Assembly: GCA_963746265.1 (NCBI GenBank)
Contig: CAVVAM010000014.1
Span: 592,114-656,113 of the forward strand
DNA from: an uncultured Acidimicrobiaceae bacterium
GTDB lineage: Bacteria; Actinomycetota; Acidimicrobiia; Acidimicrobiales; Ilumatobacteraceae
Length of the DNA: 64,000 nt
Direction of reading: 5' to 3'
Position 1 is the stretch's first letter, and each line of letters begins with the position of its first letter. Positions 57,815-64,000 of this stretch are shown here, one piece after another. The notes under the pieces were generated by a model, which made no database searches, was not told the DNA's origin, and saw nothing but the letters and a program-made list of their open reading frames with translations. The translations under genes were made by a program, and so were the position numbers.

Positions 57815-58639
57815 TCACGCCGGTTCTGCGGTACCGGGCCACCGCACGGTCGCCACCCGGTCCGCGAACGGCGGAGGATGTGCATCGAGCCAGGCCGCGA
57901 TCTCGGCGTCGCGCTCGGCGGGGAGGCAGAGTCGTCGCCGCGTCGTCGCCACGAACACCGCCGGATCGGCTGCGGCCGTCGACAACGGGCTCCGGCGACC
58001 GACGGCGACCTCCGGGTCGAGCCCGAGCTCGCGGACCACCGTCACGAAGTCCTCGGCGGTCGGGCCGTCGGGTCGGGCCAGTCCCCAGAAGTGTTCCCAC
58101 GCAGGCGCCCACGCCGACATGGGGTGGGCGGTCGGCAGTTCGACGACCGCAGCGAGACGGGCATGATCGGTGAGCGCCAGGAGGAACGGCACGAGGTCGC
58201 CCACGTTGTAGACGACGTGATGGCAGACCACGACATCGGCCACCGGGGCATGAGGGGCCACCTCGGGCCACGCCCCATGAACGGTGCGTCGGGCGACCCC
58301 GGCCGCGGAGGCAGCTGCGACGAACTGGTCGAGCATCACGCCGCTGCTGTCGACGCCGATCAACTCGGACGCGGGCGGGACCAGCGGCAGCGACGAGCGA
58401 CCTCCCCCGCATCCGACGTCGAGCACCGTGCCACCCACGGGGGGCAACACCTCACGCGCCCAGCGGTTGGACGTGGCGCCACGATCGAGCGTGTCGTCGA
58501 CCGCGAAGCGCCTCGGGTCGTGGAACCATGGCGACTCCGGAGCCTGAACGAGGATCTCGTCAGGGAGCGCCCACCCCGCCAGGAGGTCAGCCCATCGTTG
58601 CGCTGCCGGTAGGAGCGGTTCGTCCTGCTCGTCGTTCAC
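57815..58639 (-). CDS. Class I SAM-dependent methyltransferase
   Basis: VLDVGCGGG, GVDSS and DVVVCHHVVYN; GTGA overlap with the P450. Confidence 0.88.
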   Translation of the reverse strand: MNDEQDEPLLPAAQRWADLLAGWALPDEILVQAPESPWFHDPRRFAVDDTLDRGATSNRWAREVLPPVGGTVLDVGCGGGRSSLPLVPPASELIGVDSSGVMLDQFVAAASAAGVARRTVHGAWPEVAPHAPVADVVVCHHVVYNVGDLVPFLLALTDHARLAAVVELPTAHPMSAWAPAWEHFWGLARPDGPTAEDFVTVVRELGLDPEVAVGRRSPLSTAAADPAVFVATTRRRLCLPAERDAEIAAWLDAHPPPFADRVATVRWPGTAEPA

Positions 58640-59853
58640 GCGATGTCGAGCACTCGAATCGGGAGCTCCCGCGGCCCTCGGATCTGACCGACGCTCCATC
58701 GGGTGTCGCCGGCCGGCTCGAATCTCGGGAACCGGGCGATGAAGCGTTCGATCGCGATCCGGAGTTCGAGACGCGCCAGATTGGAGCCGAGGCACCGGTG
58801 GATTCCCAGCCCGAACGCGGCGTGCCGGTTCGCCTCACGGTCGACCACGAACTCGTCGGCCCGATCGAACATCGCGGGATCACGATTGGCGGCCGGGAAC
58901 GGCAGGAGCACCCACTCGTGCTCCTTCATCGGACATCCGTGGAAGTCGTGGTCCTGTGCGACGAGCCTGGCCATCGTGACGGGTGCGTAGGCGCGCAGGA
59001 ACTCCTCCACCGCGAAGAGCATGAGTTCGGGTTCGTCGACGAGCCGCTGCAGGTCGTCGGGATGGTGGGCGAGATGCCACAGTGACGACCCGATCGCGCT
59101 CCAGGTGGTGTCGATGCCGGCGATGAGGAGCAGCACCATCGACCCCCGCACGTGTTCGTGACTCAGCGCGTGCCCGTCGATCTCGGCGTTCAGCAGGTAC
59201 GTGGTGAGGTCGTCACGCGGATCCTGACGGTGCTCTTCGATCTGGCGGTCGAGGTACTCGTCGAGGTGGAGGTCGCTCTGTTCGCGGACCTCGACCGGGA
59301 CGTTCACCAGCTCGAGGAACTCGTGGACGCAGCGCCGGAAGTAGTCGTCGTCCTCGGGCGGGAAACCGAGCATTCGTGAGATCACGCTCACCGGGATGTG
59401 CTGCGCGTACTGGACCGCAGCGTCGACGACCGCCTCGCCCGGCACGAGGGCGCCCATGTCGTCGAGCAGTTGATCGCACAATGCGCGGACGTCGGATTCC
59501 CAGGGCTCGATCGCCTTGGGCGAGAACGGAGGCAGCAGGAGCCGTCGGGCGTGCTGATGGAACGGCGGATCACTGGTGATCGGCGGGGCGGGACCGACCG
59601 GCGCCTCGGCGATCGGGCGGCCGGTGTTGACGACGACGCCACGGCTGGTGAAGTGGACGGTGTCATACGCGACCTCCTTCACCAGCTCATGAGTGAGCGG
59701 CGCCCACATGCCCCCGTAGCGATCACTGTGCGCGACGGGACAGCCCCCTGCTCGCAGTTCGTCCCAGATCTCATGGGCCCGCGCGTTGTACTCGGGTTCC
59801 GCGTGATCGAGGTCGGTCGCCCAATCGGTGACCGGGCCGTACGCGCTGGTCAC
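58636..59853 (-). CDS. Cytochrome P450
   Basis: ITSDPPFH, LLIAGIDTT I-helix, EEFLR and HAAFGLGIHRCLG heme motif. Confidence 0.95.
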   Translation of the reverse strand: MTSAYGPVTDWATDLDHAEPEYNARAHEIWDELRAGGCPVAHSDRYGGMWAPLTHELVKEVAYDTVHFTSRGVVVNTGRPIAEAPVGPAPPITSDPPFHQHARRLLLPPFSPKAIEPWESDVRALCDQLLDDMGALVPGEAVVDAAVQYAQHIPVSVISRMLGFPPEDDDYFRRCVHEFLELVNVPVEVREQSDLHLDEYLDRQIEEHRQDPRDDLTTYLLNAEIDGHALSHEHVRGSMVLLLIAGIDTTWSAIGSSLWHLAHHPDDLQRLVDEPELMLFAVEEFLRAYAPVTMARLVAQDHDFHGCPMKEHEWVLLPFPAANRDPAMFDRADEFVVDREANRHAAFGLGIHRCLGSNLARLELRIAIERFIARFPRFEPAGDTRWSVGQIRGPRELPIRVLDIA

Positions 59854-60050
59854 CCCTCGTCGGGGATGCTGATCGCGTACTCCGGGCAGTTCGCGGCCGC
59901 CAGCCGTGCCTTCTCCTCGAGCTCGGGCGCGACCGATCCGTCGCCGATGACGACGGCGGTGCCGTAGTCGTCGACATCGAACAGCTCCGGCGCCAACGCG
60001 TAACAGCGGTTGTGGCCCTGGCAGAGATCTGTGTTCACCTCGACTCGCAT
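59850..60050 (-). CDS. [3Fe-4S]-type ferredoxin
   Basis: CQGHNRC...CPEYAI; 66 aa; GTGA overlap with the P450. Confidence 0.92.
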   Translation of the reverse strand: MRVEVNTDLCQGHNRCYALAPELFDVDDYGTAVVIGDGSVAPELEEKARLAAANCPEYAISIPDEG

Positions 60051-60411
60051 GGCCCGAGCGTAGAGGCTGTCGCACCGCCGCGTGGCACTGGCCCGCCGGG
60101 GACGGATCGGACGCCACGGGGACGTCCTCGGACACCACACGGGCCCCGCCGGCGTCGGCCGGGCGGCACGTCGACAGGCCGGGTTCACGGACGGGTCGCC
60201 GGCGAGCACGACCCGGGATGACTCGATTGCACACGCAACGAGTGCGCTGCGTCACCGCAGCGCCGACATGTTCACGCTGAGCGTTCGACCAACCCGGATT
60301 TGCGAGAACAACCACGGATCGCGACGTTATGGTCGCAGTCCTCGCACGTCCGTCGCGTAGTTTTGAAGATGTTCACGCACCTCCCGCCCGACCGAAGGCA
60401 CCCGATCCGAC

Positions 60412-61020
60412 ATGCAACAGCACCACGACGAGACCAGCAGGGCGTTGCTCGAAGCGGCTCACCGTCTGCTCGCAGAACAGGGTTCCGAGGCACTGACGGT
60501 CCGCCGCATCGCGACCGAGGCCGGGATGAGCACGATGAACGTCTACTCCCGCTTCGGCGGCAAGGATGGCGTGGTCGACGAACTGTATCGCGACGGTTTC
60601 GACCGACTGTTCGCAGCGATCAATTCGGTGCCGGCCACCGACGACTTCCCGACCGACCTCATGGCGATGGCCCACGCGTACCGACAGTTCGCACTCGACC
60701 ATCCGACCTACTACAAGGTCATGTTCCGCTCGGCGATCCACGACTTCACCCCGTCGGACGAAGCCACCGAGGTCGCTCTGGCCGGGCTCGAGGTGTTCGT
60801 CCAGCGAATCCGAGCCGGGCAGGAACGCGGTGTGGTCCGGTCCGACGACAGTTACCCGGCCACCGAGATCGCAGCGTGGCTCTGGGCCAGCTGCCACGGT
60901 CTCGTCAGCCTGGAGTTGTTCGCCGTCGCCGACGAGCGCGTCACCTGGGAGTCGGTCTTCGAGAACGGCATGCGAACGGCGATCGCCGGCTTGCTCCCCT
61001 CGACGACACATCAGCGCTGA
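60412..61020 (+). CDS. TetR/AcrR regulator with WHG-type C domain
   Basis: LTVRRIATEAGMSTMNVYSRFGGKDG and WASCHGLVSLE. Confidence 0.92.
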   Translation: MQQHHDETSRALLEAAHRLLAEQGSEALTVRRIATEAGMSTMNVYSRFGGKDGVVDELYRDGFDRLFAAINSVPATDDFPTDLMAMAHAYRQFALDHPTYYKVMFRSAIHDFTPSDEATEVALAGLEVFVQRIRAGQERGVVRSDDSYPATEIAAWLWASCHGLVSLELFAVADERVTWESVFENGMRTAIAGLLPSTTHQR

Positions 61021-61065
61021 CGGCTCCATCGCAAGCGGTCCGAGCCGCAGTAGCGTGCAGCCCTC

Positions 61066-61686
61066 ATGCCAGCTGCGCTGCTCGCCAACATCGTCACCGA
61101 TGCCTCCGACTGGCTCGCGGACTTCTCGTCCAACTGGTACTTCCTGGCCATCATCTTCGCCGTCGCATATCTCGACTCCGTCGTGCCGATCGTGCCGAGC
61201 GAGACGATGGTGATCATCGGTGGTGTCGCTGCCGGCCGCGGCGACCAACTCCTGGTCGCCGTGATCGCGGCGGGCGCCCTCGGAGCGTTTCTCGGCGACA
61301 CCACGGCCTATCTGATCGGCAACCGCATGAGCGGTTTCATCGAGCGGCGGGCCGTCGATCGTCCCAGGTTGCGCCAGCGTCTCGACTGGGCCAGCGACCA
61401 GATCCACACCCGCGGCGGCCTGTTGCTGATCACCGCCCGCTTCATTCCCGGTGGTCGCACGGCCCTGACCGTCACCTCGGGCATCACCAACCAACCCCGA
61501 CGATGGTTCATGGGCTGGGTCGCCGTCGCGGTCGTCATCTGGGCGTCGTACGCGGCGCTGCTCGGCTACATCGGAGGTCAGGCCTTCCAGGACAACCACA
61601 CGCTGGCGTTCCTTCTCGCCTTCGGTGCCGCCCTGGGCGTGACGGCCGTCATCGAGATCGTCCGTCACCTCCGGACTCGCAACTGA
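61066..61686 (+). CDS. DedA family membrane protein
   Basis: PIVPSETM, GAFLGDTTAY.IG and TARFIPGGR. Confidence 0.9.
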   Translation: MPAALLANIVTDASDWLADFSSNWYFLAIIFAVAYLDSVVPIVPSETMVIIGGVAAGRGDQLLVAVIAAGALGAFLGDTTAYLIGNRMSGFIERRAVDRPRLRQRLDWASDQIHTRGGLLLITARFIPGGRTALTVTSGITNQPRRWFMGWVAVAVVIWASYAALLGYIGGQAFQDNHTLAFLLAFGAALGVTAVIEIVRHLRTRN

Positions 61687-61712
61687 CCACACCCGGCGCG
61701 CCAGACTGCGGC

Positions 61713-62366
61713 ATGCACGTTCGCGACGCCGTGGCCGCCCGCCGCTCGATCCGCCAGTTCACCGACGAGGCGGTCCCCGACGACATCCTTCGCGACCTGC
61801 TCGAGCGGTCGGCTCGCGCCCCCAGCGGCGGCAACCTCCAGCCCTGGCGCATCTATGTCGTCAATGGAGATGCGATGACGCGCTTCCGGTCGTTCATCGC
61901 CGATCGGCCGGCCACAGGCGGCGAGTACGACATCTACCCGCCGAGCCTGTGGGAGCCCTACCGCACCAACCGATTCGCGAACGGTGAGCAGCTGTACGCG
62001 ACGCTCGGCATCGGACGCGACGACCGGGCGGGGCGGCTCCGCCAGTTCGCCGAGAACCAGAAGTTCTTCGGTGCACCGGCTGCGCTCTTCTGCTTCATCG
62101 ATCGAGGCCTGGGCCCGCCACAGTGGAGCGATCTGGGCATGTTCCTCCAGACCTTCATGCTGCTCGCCCAGGAGGCTGGGATCGACACCTGCGCACAGGA
62201 GTTCTGGTCGGGACACCACGCGGCCGTTCGCGAGTTCGTCGGTGCCCTCGATGTCGAGTTGCTGTTCTGCGGGATGGCGATCGGCCACGGCGACCCGGAC
62301 GCGCCCATCAACACGATGGTCAGCGATCGAATGCCCCTCGACCGGTGGGCCACGTTCGTCCCCTGA
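61713..62366 (+). CDS. Nitroreductase family protein
   Basis: RRSIRQF, APSGGNLQPW, FFGAP and DLGMFLQTFML. Confidence 0.9.
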   Translation: MHVRDAVAARRSIRQFTDEAVPDDILRDLLERSARAPSGGNLQPWRIYVVNGDAMTRFRSFIADRPATGGEYDIYPPSLWEPYRTNRFANGEQLYATLGIGRDDRAGRLRQFAENQKFFGAPAALFCFIDRGLGPPQWSDLGMFLQTFMLLAQEAGIDTCAQEFWSGHHAAVREFVGALDVELLFCGMAIGHGDPDAPINTMVSDRMPLDRWATFVP

Positions 62367-62424
62367 CGTCGACGTGCGGCGCGCGAACGAGTTCGGCGAC
62401 GGCGCGCTCCGTCTCGAAGTTCCT

Positions 62425-62808
62425 TCAGTGACCGATGATCATCAGGAAGCGTCCCGAACCGATCGCCTCCACCGACCTGGGGAGCCGGCGTCGCAGGCCG
62501 CGATCGGACGTGACGATCCGCAGGTCTCGATTCGGTCCGTCCGCTTCCATGTCGACGAGTTCGACGATGTGATCGTCTGCCGCGTTGCGGCCCCGTCGGG
62601 GAGCTTCCACGATCTCGAGGTTCCCGCCGGCCACGTCGAGAGTCGCCTGCGACACCGGTGCATCGAACACGATGGTGACGTCGTCGCCATGGGTCCGGCA
62701 CCATTCCGCCACCCGCTGGGCGAAGCGGTTCGCTGCGCCGTCGCGGTCGTTCCACCATCCGTCGGGACGCGACCCGAAGACGTTGTTCCCGTCGATGATC
62801 CAGCGCAC
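62425..62808 (-). CDS. YacP-like NYN (PIN-fold) domain protein
   Basis: IIDGNNV, IVFD, AADDHI and VTSDRGL acidic motifs. Confidence 0.85.
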   Translation of the reverse strand: MRWIIDGNNVFGSRPDGWWNDRDGAANRFAQRVAEWCRTHGDDVTIVFDAPVSQATLDVAGGNLEIVEAPRRGRNAADDHIVELVDMEADGPNRDLRIVTSDRGLRRRLPRSVEAIGSGRFLMIIGH

Positions 62809-62810
62809 GT

Positions 62811-64000
62811 TCAGAGCAGAGCGACGGGGACGTCGACGACGCGAGCCCGCAGCCATTCGCCGAGGCTCTTGGCCTGTCCGTCGATGCGGGTCGACGCGGC
62901 GACCCCCTCGTCCAACAGGCCGTGCACGACGAAGTTGAGCGCCCGGAGGTTGGGGAGATCATGGCGATCGACCCGCAGTGGGGCCGACTCGGGGAGCAAC
63001 GCCCGGAACCGCTCCACCGTGAGGAACCCGCTCAGCCAGACGAACGACTCGTCGGAACGGGTGAAGACGCCGACGTTCGCGTTGCCGCCCTTGTCGCCCG
63101 ATCTGGTGCCGACGACGCGACCGAGCGGCACGCGCTCGGCCGCGACGTCGAGGTGTTCGACCGGATGCGATCCGAGCGCCACCGTCTCGTCGGAGTCCCC
63201 GACCGCGGGCGCCACCGACTCGACCTGCGTGGTCGTACCGCCGACGTGCACGTATTGCGGGACGAGTTCGGACGGCACACGGGCAGGGCGGTAGACGCCG
63301 TACGGCGATGCGGGTGACGGGCCCCCGGAGAGGCCGTACAGCCCGGGGATGCTCGCCAGCGCGGTCTCGACGAAGGCGTTCGAGAAGGCCCGGCCGACCT
63401 TGCGCTCGTCGGGATCCTTCACGGTGAGCCGCCACTGGGCCGTGGCCGCCTCGTTCGAGTTCGGGTCGGCGTGGTCGGTGCGGATCACGCGGGTGTCGAC
63501 CGAGACGAAATCGGACGGCCCGAAGGGGCATGCCCGCCAGAACGTCGCCTCGACCACTTCGGCTTTCGCTTCGATGTCGAGACCGGTGAGCGCCACCGCG
63601 ACCGTGTTCCGGTAACCGCCGAGCTCGTTCATGGCGATCTTCAGCGTCGGGGGCGGCGGCTCGCCCATGGTGCCGGTGATCCGGACGCGGTCGGGACCGG
63701 TCTCCTCGAGCCGGATCGTGTCGAAGCGGGCCGTCACGTCCGGGCCGAGGTATCGCGGCCCACCGATCTCGTAGAGCAACTGCGACGTGACGGTGCCGAT
63801 CGACACCTGGCCGCCGGTTCCGTCGTGCTTGCCGATCACCGTCGAACCGTCGGCGGCGACCTCGGCCCAGGGGAAGCCGAGCCGCTCCATTCCGGGCACC
63901 TCGGTGAAGAACGAGTAGTTGCCGCCGGTCGCCTGCGCGCTGCACTCGATGACGTGGCCGGCCACGACTGCGCCGGCCAGCTCGTTCCAGTCGTCGCGGG
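62811..64000 (-). CDS. Acyclic terpene utilization AtuA family protein (5' end outside window)
   Basis: GHVIECSAQATGGNY, LLYEIGGPRYLGPDVTA and RSGDKGGNANVG. Confidence 0.88.
   Translation of the reverse strand, partial: RDDWNELAGAVVAGHVIECSAQATGGNYSFFTEVPGMERLGFPWAEVAADGSTVIGKHDGTGGQVSIGTVTSQLLYEIGGPRYLGPDVTARFDTIRLEETGPDRVRITGTMGEPPPPTLKIAMNELGGYRNTVAVALTGLDIEAKAEVVEATFWRACPFGPSDFVSVDTRVIRTDHADPNSNEAATAQWRLTVKDPDERKVGRAFSNAFVETALASIPGLYGLSGGPSPASPYGVYRPARVPSELVPQYVHVGGTTTQVESVAPAVGDSDETVALGSHPVEHLDVAAERVPLGRVVGTRSGDKGGNANVGVFTRSDESFVWLSGFLTVERFRALLPESAPLRVDRHDLPNLRALNFVVHGLLDEGVAASTRIDGQAKSLGEWLRARVVDVPVALL

Noticed and set aside
57133-59853. P450-mediated defluorination coupled to Fluc export
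   Set aside because: The genes are convergent and in separate units. Adjacency is the only evidence.

Overview
High-GC actinobacterial chromosome segment. Gene content, synteny and promoter style suggest Acidimicrobiia (Ilumatobacter-like), which is an inference. About 65 densely packed CDSs. I recognised no rRNA, tRNA, CRISPR array, transposase or integrase. Housekeeping content: a TPP-riboswitch thiN-thiBPQ salvage operon, gnd-zwf-ppk2, a cobalamin-riboswitch btuFCD operon with divergent cobO, aspC, serC, a PAC2 protein, metY, and a mdh-purH-sucDC-B12-binding subunit-pcrA block. Accessory content: an IclR-controlled gamma-butyrobetaine/carnitine catabolic operon, a class F sortase with its likely substrate, ArsR-CDF, cytochrome b plus a Tat-exported Mo-oxidoreductase, an MprAB-like two-component system facing a Fluc pair, and a ferredoxin-P450-methyltransferase operon. 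Best leads: (1) MprA-type direct-repeat boxes shared between the two-component operon and the divergent fluoride-channel genes; (2) the carnitine operon with a perfect palindromic operator and a BBOX lacking the N-terminal Zn cysteines; (3) a membrane-anchored protein that looks like a Rieske fold without its cluster ligands; (4) a PPK2 with Gly at the Walker A Asp position; (5) a clamp-motif-like N-terminus on PcrA; (6) a decayed cysteine-synthase-family gene; (7) pervasive leaderless promoters. All family calls come from motif recognition by eye; no searches were run. No single dramatic novel system is proven here.
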